A DNA stretch of 64,000 nucleotides from Camelus ferus (Eukaryota). Under the pieces are notes generated by a model. That model was given only the letters and a program-made list of their open reading frames with translations, did no database searches and had not been told where the DNA came from. The stretch lies in contig NC_045697.1 of assembly GCF_009834535.1 (NCBI RefSeq), forward strand, positions 66,652,001 to 66,716,000. The letters are read 5' to 3'. This document shows, one piece after another, positions 26,300 through 39,420 of this stretch (position 1 is the stretch's first letter; each line of letters begins with the position of its first letter). A program made the translations under genes and the position numbers.

Positions 26300-27495
26300 T
26301 TTGAATCACTCTGTTATCTCACTGTGGAAACTGTCTTTGCAAAGGTCATGAATGACCTCTTTTGTTGCAAAATCTATTGGCCTCGTTTTAGTCCTTTTGC
26401 TGTATCTCAGGATCATTTGACACTTAGGTGTTACCTTCTCAAAACTCTGTACTGTGCACTCTCCTGATTCACTTCTGAGCACCTGTGCTGCTGCTTCTGT
26501 TCCCTTTGCAGGTTTCTCCACCTCTTCTGCTTCCCCAGTTCTTGCTTCCAGGAGTGCATGCTGAGGCTGTCTTCCTGGCTGTCCGTCTCTCGTGGTTCAC
26601 TTCGTACACTTCCATGACTTCATGTGCCAGTATTAATGCTGATGGCTCTCATATTCATGTCCCTAGAATGAGTCTCTTCCACACACACCAGACTCTCTTG
26701 CATGATTTCTGCAGATCCCCACTTGGAATGGGGTTTCTCAGTTATCAACAAAGTGATTTCCTTGAATGTTTGCATCAAGTAAACACATGCCCTGACCAGA
26801 TTTGCTTCTCTTTCTGTGTTTTCTGTAGTAGTAAACATCACCATTATCCTCCCTGTTGCCAAAACCAGAAACTGAGGAATTGTCTGTGAAATCTTGACTG
26901 CTCTGTTTCCTCAACTCAGTTTTTAAATCCTGCCTGTTCTGTTTCCTTAATACTTGTTAAATATGTCTACTGTTCTTTATTTTGAATACAGAGTTACAGC
27001 CTTAGTTTAGGACTCCATCACTTCTCACCTGAATCACCATTAACTGTCTCTTTACTGGTCTCCCTGCAGCCAGTCTTGCTCCTTCCATTCTAGTGTACTT
27101 TATAGTCACAGTGACTTTTCTGAAACTTACCCTAGTGGTTCCTGAGAATGAAGTACAAAGTCTTCAGCATGGCATATGAGACTCTCGAATATATGGTACT
27201 GCTTAAACCTTCGGATCTCATATTTCATTGTGTGTTCTGTGCTGAACCTGTTACACCATAGCTCAGATCTGCCCTGTTCCCTGCTGTTCCAGGTGAGCCC
27301 TCTGTCTCTTCCTTGCATTCCCGTGGTACACAGTGTTTAAGACAATGTATTGCAACCATTTGTTTTCTTATTCTTTGTTAAACTTTCTTTTAGTATTGAT
27401 AGATAAGGACTGTGGCTTTTTTCCTTATATACTTACTGAATAAGTGTTTAGCATATGTCTAGTAGATATACAGTAAGAATGTTGAATGGATTAAT
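26300..27495 (+). mobile_element. Long L2 fragment including 3' end
   Basis: 'aaggtcatgaatgacctctttgttgcaaaatc', 'gccaaaaccagaaactgagg', 'ccatcacttctcacctgaat', ending 'aatgttgaatggattaatga'. Confidence 0.85.
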
Positions 27496-28433
27496 GAGTA
27501 ACCAAACTAAGATCAATAAAACCTGCTTTCTACTCTCAAGTACCTCATCGCCTAGTGAGAAGTTTTACAAGTACAGATAATTTTAAAAAGCCATCAACAA
27601 TCAATTACAATATAGTGTGGTGTAAGCTATTAAAAGTCATGTTTTCAAGTAGGAAGTGATTAAATGAGAATGACTCAAGGGACTGTCTCTTGAGGATATA
27701 TGATAGAATTAAACAAATTTTCATGGCGTTCAACCATGTTTCTTTGAAGTGAGGTCTTATAGTAACACTTAGGGTATTCAGAGTACTTTACAAAACGTTC
27801 TTTATTGACTCTTTAAAACTTTACTGAGTCTTTTGTTTTGTCAGTTTTATGAGGACTCAACAAAAGTGAGGCAGGATGTGTTAAGCTCCTAGACATCTTG
27901 CTTGGTTAGCTAGGAGGCGTGAGGATCATAGCTTATTTTTCTTTTCCTTTCTGAAACTACTACAATAATTTCTGTTATCTAATAAGATTTCAGTGACTTT
28001 ATGCTTTAGAGTTAACTCTCTAATTACAAGAAATATAGTGGGGTTTGAGTGCGTTACTTTTATGATTCCCCAGATTTAAAAATGCCATCATGACATGATT
28101 TTCCTCATAATAATGGAATAAAATATTGTTGAAAAAATTAATGACCCCTTCTGACTTTTAAAGTTTTAAATGATGTGGGTCATGGACTTGTGTATTGCTT
28201 GGAGTAGGCTACACTGTGAATGTTAACCCTGTGATTGCAAGGGCAGGGTCTGTTTAGTTGGTTTTCAGATCATGTCCTTCAGGACTCGGGTTCTAGGGAC
28301 ATCTAAGGAGCCCTGTGTGGAAGGTGAGGAGCATGGGGGCAGGCTGTGGGTGAAGTTCTGTAGCCCTTCCTGCATCTTCCACGCTTCTGTTATATCACTT
28401 GCTTTTATCTGCTATCTATTGGCCTTTCTTTGT

Positions 28434-28475
28434 GAAAGATATTCTTTAAGTGGGGAAAGATATTCTTTAAGCGGG
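28434..28475. repeat. 21-bp tandem duplication
   Basis: gaaagatattctttaagtggg followed by gaaagatattctttaagcggg (1 mismatch). Confidence 0.9.
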
Positions 28476-29864
28476 GGGGAGCAGACTTCAAAAATACCTC
28501 AAGCCATTGATTGGTTAAATCGTTGCAAGTATTCGAGGAAATCACCTTGGTGACAGTTGAGAAAATCCATGAAAATGGAAAATGTACAACATTTCCTTCA
28601 CTAACTGCTCTTTCTATGTGTCATCTGCAGTAGCATCCCGAGAGACAGTGAGGGAGAGCTGTACACTGAGAAGAGCTAGGCGAGCAGTGTGTCCTGTCTC
28701 ATCTGTTTTCCATCAGAGACTTTCAGTCACCATGTGGTATTTCCATTGTCTGGTCTTTAGAACCTGTGAACCGGGGCCTGACTAGGTTTAGAGGGATCTT
28801 GAGGTGGAAATTTTGGGGATGGTGAGAAACAGAATTTTAATGCTTCTTGAGACCAAGGGAAAGGGTTGCTGATCTTGCCAGTTTCATGGTGTTCACATCA
28901 TAAGGCTAAATACTTTATGCCAAGAAGCTTAAGGGTCAGGTCAGAGTTTTATAGATTTTGGCCAAAAGCAGTTCCAAAAGAAAAGTAAATGTTTAACGGG
29001 GCTGACCATTGCCCAAACTTATTCTTCCATTCTTTTTGTCCCTTACTTCTCTCCCCTGCCCCAAATAGGGTTAGCCTAGGTGCAAAATCCAGGTCACTAC
29101 CATAGTAACCACACAAATAGAGCACAAAGGAGGGCTGTTTGCTTTAACTTCATAATGATGGAAAGAGAACTACACAAGGAGAGGCTTAGAGGCAACATAG
29201 ATGATGGTATAAAAATGTGTCTATAAGAGATAGATTGGAATGGACTTTGTCCATAAAAATTTTGTATCTTAAGAATCTAGGGAGTAACTGCATCTTTTTA
29301 AACACTTTAAAAAGTTGGCAGTGTTGATTCAAAGTGCTACTTAAAGACTCACTTTCAAAATGACATTTTTGGGGGGAAACTAACTGTCAATTTGAAGAAT
29401 GGGATTCTTTTCAGCAGAGCTTGTAAAAATATCCATTGCCATATGTGAGGCAGGTTTAGGGTAGTTTATCATAAATAGATGAATTTGTCAAATAAATAAA
29501 CACACACCCATTTTTGGCTGCAGAGAAGAAATTCCAAGCCCATAGATAAAGAAATATCGTGAATTTCTGCAGCACGTCTCACAACTAAGATATTTCGTTG
29601 ATACACATATTAAGAGCAAACAGTTTAAGAAGGGATTAATCATACCTGATTAGTATTAATCACACCAGAGATAGTATTAGAGATTATCAAGCTTTGTGGA
29701 CCTGGTTGGAGTTGGGGTCTTAGGAAGTGGTTGAGGAGAACACCACTCAGAAGGGTATGACAGATCCTTTGTTCCACTGATGACTTACATAAGGAACATT
29801 ACCTTGAATAGCCACAACTTCACTTGGCTGAAGCAATTGTGGTAGCTACTGTAGCTGTGTTTCT

Positions 29865-30360
29865 AATTATAAAAGTAATATATGTTCATAATTAGAATTG
29901 TATTTAGTTCTACTACCCTAAGATAACCTCTCTGAACACGTTGATGTATCTTTTTTCTTTTGTTGTAGGACTGTGCATATTATATACAAAAGAAGAAAAC
30001 AATACTTTTATGTAGTGTGCATGTATATATTAAAATTGGAATCTAGCTATACATATAGTTTTTGTATAGGTTTTATAAACTGCATTTTTATTTCCATTAT
30101 TTAACAATTCATTGTGTGCCTGCCATAACCTAGGGATTTTTCTGTCCCATTAAATTTTCCTTGAAATCATGACATTCAATAACTTCTTGATATTTCACTA
30201 TATCACAACTTATTTAAATATCTTCTTATTGCTGGGCACTTACATTGTTTCAGCTTTTTAATATTAAATTGCTATCTTTTTATCTCGAATTCTTTTCTAT
30301 TTCAGTATTTCTGATTATTTCCTGAAGAAAAAGTCCAAGAAATGAAACTATGTTTTAATA
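29865..30360 (-). mobile_element. Ancient L1 (L1ME-like) fragment
   Basis: 'ttatttaaatatcttcttattgctgggcacttacattgtttcagctttt', 'ctgattatttcctgaagaaaaagtccaagaaatgaaa'. Confidence 0.6.
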
Positions 30361-32239
30361 ATCCTCAACTTAATGACACTGTTTGGGGAGAATTATATGA
30401 GCCCAAGCTTTTATGGAGCCCAAACAATAAGATATTCAGGAGAAAATGAAAGACATAGTGACTTACCTTCTCAGCAGCCCAGCATACTGGTTGGGTTTTA
30501 AATGGCCTAGACCTTAGCATCACTTTAGTGTAGGTGTATCAAGGTTCTTACATAGTGTGGTTGCCCAGTGTATAACAGATACTTGTTATGACAGATGGTG
30601 TCATTGTAAACTGAGTTACTCATTTCTCATTACTGTTCTCAGACAAATCTGAACACCCAATTCTTATGCATAAAACTGCTTTTAAAGCCTAATATCTTAC
30701 ACACATCTAGGTCCTTGATGCTGTAAAATCAACTTCACTGTACCATGACCCCACTGAATAAAAGAGAAGGAAAAATTAAGAGAAAAGACAATTCCTGCAC
30801 AGTGCAAAGGTATTCATTCTGTTGTGCTGTATGATAGCCAACAGATTTTTATTTTACTGTTGAATTTTGAACTATGTCTGGTATGTAGTTCTTTTAGCTA
30901 CACCTTGCAGTAGCTAATGGATATAAGGTGAAAGATAACTGATAGTTCTCGCTCTTCCTCCCCTCCTCTCTTTCTCCCCCTCTGTGTGTTTGTGTCTCAT
31001 GTCTGCTTCTTCAAATATGTGATTTGGTTCATTTCAGTCATTTGTAGCATCCACAAATATTTAGTCAAGTACTTAATCTTCCCATGAAATGCTTCGGAGA
31101 GTCGTCACATGAAATCATTGGTTTCTCTTCAGTGCTAAGTCATGGCAAATTATCATCTTTTTTTAGGTTGATTTTGTGGAGTGTTAAATGCTATTTAAAT
31201 TTCACTTAGATATGAAGCCATTTATTTTTCTCCTAATCACTTAAAATAGCAAGAACTAATCAACTGGAGTTTTTCTCCCTTTTGTAAATACATCAGTCTA
31301 CCCCTGACTCACGTGCGTGTTTCTGCCTTTAGGTCAGTGGGAACTTTTCCCAGCCATGTTTTCTTTTTCCCCTTCGTTCCTAATTTCTCTCAGGAACAAA
31401 TGGCAGCACAGTTAAGCATGAGAAACTTGTTGCTGAAGGTGCTAACCTAAACATCAGTGCCAGGATATGGCTGAGACTTAATAGACTAATTAATTTGTCT
31501 ACTGCACCTCTGACCTGGGAATTGCATACAATGGGCTGCATGTACATATAGAGCTGAGAGTCAGGGATCCAGAGTAGAGAAAATGCAGCTTTTGTGTGCT
31601 TTATACATCGACATAAGTTAGTACTGGGTTCTTTCAGAAAATAGATTTTGAAAATGGAACTTTATCTCATCACATATGTTAGAAGTAAGATACTGCAAGA
31701 TTCAGTGTGCCTTTTTGTTTGTTTTCTTCTTTTACATTTTATAGGAGTGCTAAACAACACCCTCCCATTATTTGATCCCAATATGCTACTGACCTCCAGT
31801 AGAGACCAATTATATAGACTGCCTACCACAGTTTCTGTGTTATCTATTCCAGCGTAATACGCTCACGTGACAACCACAGTCATCCTTAGAAAAAAATAGG
31901 AGCTTGAAGCTTGAACGACATTTTAAAAAGTGTTTTTGCTATGAATTCCTGACTGCTATTTATGCTTCTATCAGTCAGAAGATTAATTTTCTCTTGTATT
32001 CCTTTTCTCCCTTCTTCATTTTAGAGACGGTTTAAATATACTTTAAGAACAGTTAACATTTGACTGCCACTGAATTCTCATGGCACTGAATAAAAGCTGA
32101 AATCGGTATTAGCCTGTCAGTGTAGGGGTTATGCATATCTGGGTCTTGTGAACTCATAGAGGTACCAAATAAACCCTTTTCTGTTAGGAATTTATTTAGA
32201 GCAGGGTTTTAATATTTTGATAGTTAGTGGGTTTGGCAG

Positions 32240-32520
32240 CATTTATTAGGCCACCAAATGTCTGTTTAGCACATGGCAGGCATTCTGCTAGACCCGGCTG
32301 ATGAAGTGGTGAACAAGACTGGTGGTTCCCAGCTCTGCTGAGGCTCACAGTCCAGTAGCAAGAGTCCTATACAAAGTAAACCCTAAGAGTAGTAATGGAA
32401 GTCGACAAGGCTGCTTGTTATGTACCCAGTGAAACATCAGGGAGATGCTATTGCAGCCAAAGTATTTAGGGGACAGCTTTCTGGGAGGCATTATGAGAGC
32501 TGGAAATTAAACGATGAGAT
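32240..32520 (-). mobile_element. L2 fragment
   Basis: 'tggcaggcattctgctagac...gtgaacaagac...gctcacagtccagt'. Confidence 0.65.
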
Positions 32521-33544
32521 GGTAGCCTTTGGGGAGATGCTGTTCTTTTTCAGTTATTGGCAGTCACTTTACCTGAAAGACCAGGCAAGATGTCATATAC
32601 TTCTCAGTACATGCGTAGTGCATGGATACAGTAAGATGTTTGGTGGATATTAGCATGAACAGAATAAATAGATATTGGCATAGGATTTGAGGGGAAAATG
32701 CTTTACCTTTCTGAAGTTATGTTGCTTCTAGTAGTGGAGTGAATGATTTAGGCTTTGTGTGCGTTCTGTTGTTAAAATGTAATATGAGCCTCACACTGAA
32801 TTTGTTTTCTTGCAATTATTTATTTTACAGGCTTCCGAGCGGTCAAGAGAGTGAATGTGTCTGAAGTGGATGTACTGTGCATAAAACATCGAGAACATTC
32901 TATGCTACACTTACCAGCAGCCTATTTATCTGGTTGGTATCTAAAGCAACTCAGATTGACCATGATATACACATCATGGTTAATAAAAACATTGATTTTA
33001 AGGGAAAAACCATTCAATGATTTTTGCATGTCGGGTTGTATAGACCCAATTCATTTCTGTCCAACCGGGTCACATAAAGGTTAGCTAAGGTGTTAAAGCA
33101 GTAATTTGAAATCTGGGCTGGGGTGTGAAGGGGAGTTCTAGTGAAGGCAAGATGTCAAGTGGTGTAGAGGCCACAGTGATGGCAGACTTTATTTACTGCC
33201 TTCAGTGAATTTTATTTGTACCCATTTTCAAAAGAAAACCTGATGAACAGGTATGTTTGCAGTCCCTTCACTTTGACAGGTTGAGGGTGGGCAGGGGAGA
33301 TGGAATTCTGTTATCTCTCAACATTTAGCGTTTGAAAGACATTCCAAGATCAGTAGATAGATAAACATGGTTTCCAGTTTAGGCTTTAAAATGTTAATCT
33401 TGACCTGTTTCTTCTTGTTTATACACTGAGAACTGCAATTTTAAAGGTAGAAAAAAATACTTAATTTATTCACAAAGTAAGAATGGATTCGACTTTCAGC
33501 AAAGATTCATGTTAAGTGTTGATGTTGCACTGAGTCTCTCCTTG

Positions 33545-34270
33545 GCTAGCCTCTCTTCTCAGTTTGTTTTCACCCACACCTATACTTTCAATTATCAGGA
33601 TTCCATTCCCCGCATCCATTATCTCAGATCCTCAGTATTTCTCAGCTATACTCTAAAATAGCTTCCTAACATCTGTCTTCTCTTCCCCTTTCCAAGCTGT
33701 CTACCATTGCATCAGCAGAAGGGACATCTGATCCTACCACTCTCTCTCCCATGACCCCTAATGCCTATGGGATTATGTCCTGCAGCATATAGGGCCCTTC
33801 AACTTGGTCAAATTCTGACCTGCCATTCTATCCTTGTTACTTGTCGCTACCCTTTCTGTACCTACACTTCTAGCCTGTGAATTGTCTCTGCTTCCTCAGT
33901 TCATGTGCTTGCTCATTCATTCATGGTTCTGTTCCTTTGCACTTGATGTTTCCTCTTTCTTGGATGTCATTCCTACCTCCTCTTGTTTGCGTGGAAAATT
34001 TTTACTTATCCTTCATAATCCTATTTAAAAGAGATATTTCTTTCTCTGTGATACTTCACCTGGCAGAGTGAGGTACTGTTTTTCTGTCTTCCCATAATGC
34101 CTTGACTGCATCTCTAATTTGATTCTCAGTATAAATGTTTTCATGGCTCTCTCACAGTGCTCTGTTAACAAAACCTTTATGGACAGACTGCCTTCTGTTT
34201 TCTGCTCTATCCCCAGCCCTCAACACATTAACTACTAGTGACTGAGTTGTCATGCATTGGAGGAATAAAC
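33545..34270 (+). mobile_element. L2 fragment
   Basis: 'atagcttcctaac', 'atctgatcctaccactctc', 'cctttgcacttgatgtttcctct', 'tatccccagccctcaacaca'. Confidence 0.7.
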
Positions 34271-35639
34271 TGATAACCTGCTGTGTTTTAGCACCATGCT
34301 GTATATATTGGAAGAAAAATTAAAAGGATATGATTTAGTTCCTGTTTTCAGTAAGGCTGTGATCTTACTTGGTGGACAAGAGTTAAACACATGAAATAAT
34401 TAGGGAACACAAAGCATAATATGCAAGTGAATTATTTACATTTTAAAAGTTTAATATATACGCATACACAATACACATGGTGCTTTGGGGGAAGGGCAAA
34501 GATCAAGTTTAAATCATGAGATAAGCTTCTTGGACTAGATAAAAGTTCTGAGCAATAGTGAGGGAGGTGAGGTTGAAATGTGGTCTGAGGCATGAGTAGA
34601 GTTGTGGTTATTGTATTGATGAGTCCTTACCGTATGTATGGTTTGCTTAGCTTATTTTTTATTAAATCTTATATAGCTTATATAGCTTTACTCTAAAGGC
34701 AGATGTTTAATATTTTTATTTTATAAAGGACCAAAAATCAAATAGAAATTAGAACAATGAATGAATGTTGAGGTGGATGCTGGGTTTGGGTTAGAAAGAG
34801 GTCCATCCATGTAAATCGGACTCTGGACAGAATATGTCCTAAATGCAGATGCCCAAGTAGAAAATGGAATGACTGACAATTAGAATAATCTTAGGATGAC
34901 AGTGAGGTAAGACTGCTCTTTGGGTTCTAAACAGTAGTTGGAGATAGTATTTACTGGGCTCTCGGATGTTATAGCTAGAACTCTGTTCACCCTCACGGAG
35001 AAAATGAAACTCAGAGATAAAGAACAAAAACAAGCTGAATTCATTCGTTTACAGGTGAACAGTGAGACATGGTTTAAATTGAGTTGGGCATGACTGACTG
35101 ATGGAAGAGAAACCATCTTTCTGGGGGGTCAAAAATGAGAAAACCAGTGGGAATGTGCAGAAGTTTCACAAATTGAGCAGGTAACTGAGTAAGGCTACAA
35201 AGGCTGAAATCTTCAGTGACAATATGTATGGATACATTTCTCACTTGCATATTAATTCCTTGAGTACATTGAAGAGAATGCTGCCTCCGTCTAGGACAGG
35301 TAAGGCAGAAAGAATTTAGGGAGCTCAAAGCCATGTTGTTCCGCTTGGGTCCTGGGGTCCCTACATGGTCGTCACTTCTGCACTTTTCACAGTCTTCTGA
35401 TGTGCGTTTTATAGATGAGGTCCAGATTTTTCAGCTGTGGTAGTCTAGTGGGAGAAACAGGAAGAAGTACTTGCACTCCATCTTGGTCCAGAATCACTTA
35501 GATTTTTAGAAGTTCTTATTGGGTCCTTGGAATTTAGTATTGGAATATGTTGAATTGACAGCTTTTCAAATGTCGGGAGGTAATAGCTTCAAGATGCTGT
35601 GGATTCTTAGGCACTAGAAGACAAACAAACAAATAATAG

Positions 35640-35812
35640 CCACACTTACCATGTAGTGTAAACCCTCTTTAAAAAAGTACATTATAATTTTCACAATACC
35701 CTATTTCTACCTCAACTCTATATGGAAGGGAAACTGGGGCAAAGAGGTTTTAGGGCTTCTCCCCAGACTCCGGACAATCTGATTGCATAATCTAAACTTT
35801 TAATCACTGTGT
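35640..35812 (-). mobile_element. MIR, degraded
   Basis: 'ttcacaataccctat...gggaaactggggcaaagaggtt...ttttaatcactgtg'. Confidence 0.6.
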
Positions 35813-38800
35813 CTCCTTTACCATTTGACAAATAATTATTTTTTAGGACTCTGACATCCTAAATTGGGAATCACCAGCTTTCCGCAAAGGATTAAGGAAA
35901 TTGCTGATGGAACCAGATACTTAAAGTGATACACTGAGAATTGTGTATGTGAGCCAAAAAGAACACAACTACCAGTTTAAGTTTTTCCCATAGTTTTTCT
36001 CCTGTGCTCTAAAATAATTTTACAGATTTTATAATTAGGGAGTAACCAACACTGTGAGTTAAAACCAGGGTAATAACTAAACTCTTCAACCTAAAAGTAA
36101 TAGTTCTTGACAGTATGGTGGTCTGTGATGTTATCTGGCTGTTATGAAAACTTAAAAACTACAATTTGAAAGTGACCTCTGGGTGCCCGCTGTTCTTGCA
36201 CATTTGGAAATTTTCCTAGACCAGTGTAGTATGAGTTTCTCAACTTTGTCAAGTTTGTAAAATTCATAAACTTTGTTAAAGTCGGGTCCAAAGCAGACTA
36301 ATAACTAACATTTGATACCAAGCCATAGCTTTATCTTCTCTTAATTTCTTGATTCTTCAGTCAGGTAGAAGTGGCATATTACTAACGCAATTTGGTAATA
36401 CATACACAATAACAAATCCCATTTGTTCTTTTCCAGTTCTTAGGGTTAGTGGTTATATTTTCTGATTTTTGTAATTTGATGTAACTCTTTCCAGACACTA
36501 CCTAGGAAAATGTCTTGTTTTTGATTTGACACATTTTAAAGCCAAAACCTTTTTAGGATACTTTTGCTGTGTTTGAAGGAATCCAATAGTCGTGAAAGTA
36601 CCTGGCGAATTTCAACAGCATTCTGGCTAGTCAGTGTGGTCAGTGCTTTAACTTGAATTGTTTGTTTTGAATCAGATACTGTTACAAATTAATCTAATAC
36701 AGCCCCCCCCTTTTTTTGTCTAGGAACTAAGCCAACAATACTAATGCATTTAGGGGTTATTATGATGATGATGTAAAAATCAAAACATGTATGAAATAAC
36801 AAAGCAAGAATTGTTCAAGATACATACTCTGAGTCTGGTTAATTTTTCCATCTGACTTCTTATAAATTCAGGCTTCTGCAATATTGTGTATGATAATTTC
36901 AACATGTCATAGTTCCTGGTGATAAAAATTTCTGTAATATTGCCAGAGCTTTAAGATCTTAAAGTTTTTTTTTCTTTCTCATATTTGTTGAATATGTGAA
37001 GAAATAGTGTTTACTGAGTTGTACAATACATACAGGCTGACTTGATATGAGGCTACTGGATTGCTAGTCAACTTAGATCATTACTTACTGCAGCATTTCT
37101 TTACCATATCGTTAGCTGTGCACTAGAGCCACTGGCGTTCCTCTTTGACGTTGAACTGAATATGTTACCAAGCTCTGTTACTTCATTCTCTGTTGGCCTC
37201 CAGATTTCACTCCTGAAGTTGATTCTCACTTTCACAATCCTCTCCAAGGCTTTCATCCTCGAAGGACTGAATTTTGGCAGAGACTTTTAACTGATTGCTC
37301 TGCTTCTGTTTTTTCCCACCCCCTGCAGAAAAGTTATCTGAGTTTTGAGGTACGTGGTAGTAGGTACAATATAAGGATGCAGTAAATGCTTATTGATTGA
37401 TTAGAAATCAGTTCTCAGAGGTAGAAAGTCAGGTACTTCATTTGAATGTTGAAACTTTAATGGTGAAGCTATATTTAATTTAATTTAATTTTTTTGGTTT
37501 GGTGAATAATCCTTTGAAATTCAATTAGATTCTGTCTTTATGTACCTTCTACATTTTAGTTGTGAAGTGTGCACCCTGGCTCTCCTATAGGTGATAAAAG
37601 AAAACAAAAATGCTGATTACTAACTCTGAGTAAATATTCAGTAGTTCAAAATAGTAATGTTAAAAGAAGTATTTTCTTTAATATTTTCCATTTTTATCTG
37701 TAAAATATATTTAGACATTTAAAAAAGTTAAAAATTATGGTGAAAGCAGGTGGTGTGGGAAACACAAACAAACAGAAGAAAGAAAAATCAGCATTTTATA
37801 GGATTTTTTCACGTATCTGTGAGATTGTTGACTTGGTAACGGTTCATTTGGGGGGAGCTTATTTTCAGTGGGTTGCTCTGTTTCCAAGAAGAAAAATAAA
37901 ATGCTACTCTAACTCTAGTTTTTACATTTTCATCAAAGTCTTTCAGTAAATTTAAACTGTCCGAAAAGTGTGCAGTGAAAGTTGTGTGAACAGTCCCTTG
38001 CTTCTGTTGTTGTGCGTTTCAAACATCACTCATCTGTTTCCAACAGGTGTTCTGCCAGCTGTGCCCAAAACGTTTCAAATGATTTAAAATCTGTTTCCAC
38101 ACTTACCTTGTATAGTGGCTATTTACTGTAAGAGGAGTTCTCTGATTACAGAGTGCTCTGGCACAGGTGAAGGACTAGAAGACAGAAAAGTGAGTCTAGT
38201 ATGAGGTCTACCTGCCTGTTGTTGCTTCAGCAGAAGGAAGAGGTGGGAGGACTAGGGTTGTGTTTGTGTAGCACTGGTGCTGATAAATGGATTTTCCTCT
38301 TAGTCTTGTATGCTTTAGCATGTATATTTATCTTGTGGCAAGAAAGAATTTAAATGGAGTCAGAATAATTTTATTTTCACAATTGCTTGAAGATACAATG
38401 AAAAGTTTGAATTCTTAGAGGTTTTAGAGCTATGTGGTCTATTAAGATGGAGGAAAAGATCTATATTATACTGCTTTGATGAAGAAGTAAAAAATACATA
38501 AGGTCTTTTCTATCTGTAAAAATTATCTGATTAGTGATCATAAATGACTGGGAAATGTAAGAAATTTTGTGAATATATCACACCATGGTCAAGATATTAA
38601 GCAAACTTTAGAACTTCTGAATATTTATGCTTCATGCTACTAAGGTTAAACTATTCTTTCTTATTAAAGAAGTAAATAAACACATCTCAATGGCAGTAAC
38701 TTAATAAAGCCGTTTTCATGCTGATAATAGAGTTTGACCTCAGCTATAAATAATCATGGTTGAAACATCTCATTTTCAAACTGCAGTTATATGTAACAGA

Positions 38801-39214
38801 TACCATGTTTTAATGTCACCTTATAGCTGATATCAGATTTAACTGTTGCTGTCACTTTATTGCATACCATTACTGGACTGAATTCTAGTCTCACAGTGCA
38901 ACTCCAAATATAAGCAGGTGTTAAGAATTTTGCCTGAGAGTTGCAGGCATAGAAGAGAGTATGTCCATGCAGATAAAATGGTCTTATCTGTAATGAAGAG
39001 AGTATGTTTGCATTTTATGGACAAAATAAAACTGATTTGGAGCTAGAGAAATATCTAATACTTCCTCCATATATTGTATCATGTTGAGGAACTGCTGTGA
39101 TCTGAGGCACTGTAATATTCGCAGTCAGCATACCTTCCACTCCCAAATTTTGGCTTTTCCCTATTGCAAGAAAATTAAAACAGCCAGACTCTCCATTCCA
39201 AAGAATATCCCAGT

Positions 39215-39420
39215 TTATGTAGTAGTCCAGTGTGGTGGTGAAAAGAGCTGGCCTTGGAGCCAGTCAGCTTGGATGTGAATTCTCGCTCTTCCATTTATGG
39301 CTTGTCTTCATCTCTAAATGAGGATAATACAGTACCCACCACATAGGTTTGTTTGACAGTGAATGAATTAATATGTGTTCAGTGCGTAGGACAGTGCCCT
39401 ACACCAAGCAAGTGTGGCCT
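39215..39420 (+). mobile_element. MIR SINE
   Basis: 'gtggtggtgaaaagagctggccttggagccagtcagcttggatgtgaattc...ataatacagtacccaccacatagg'. Confidence 0.85.

Noticed and set aside
26485..26889. 134-aa ORF
   Set aside because: Within an L2 fossil; low-complexity, chance open frame
35395..35495. Possible antisense 5' end of an ancient L1
   Set aside because: Only about 100 bp of weak resemblance; cannot assign without a search
38030..38110. Acceptor-like 'tctgtttccaacag|gtgttc' and a nearby minus-strand donor-like 'cacttacc'
   Set aside because: No matching partner splice site or recognisable peptide found
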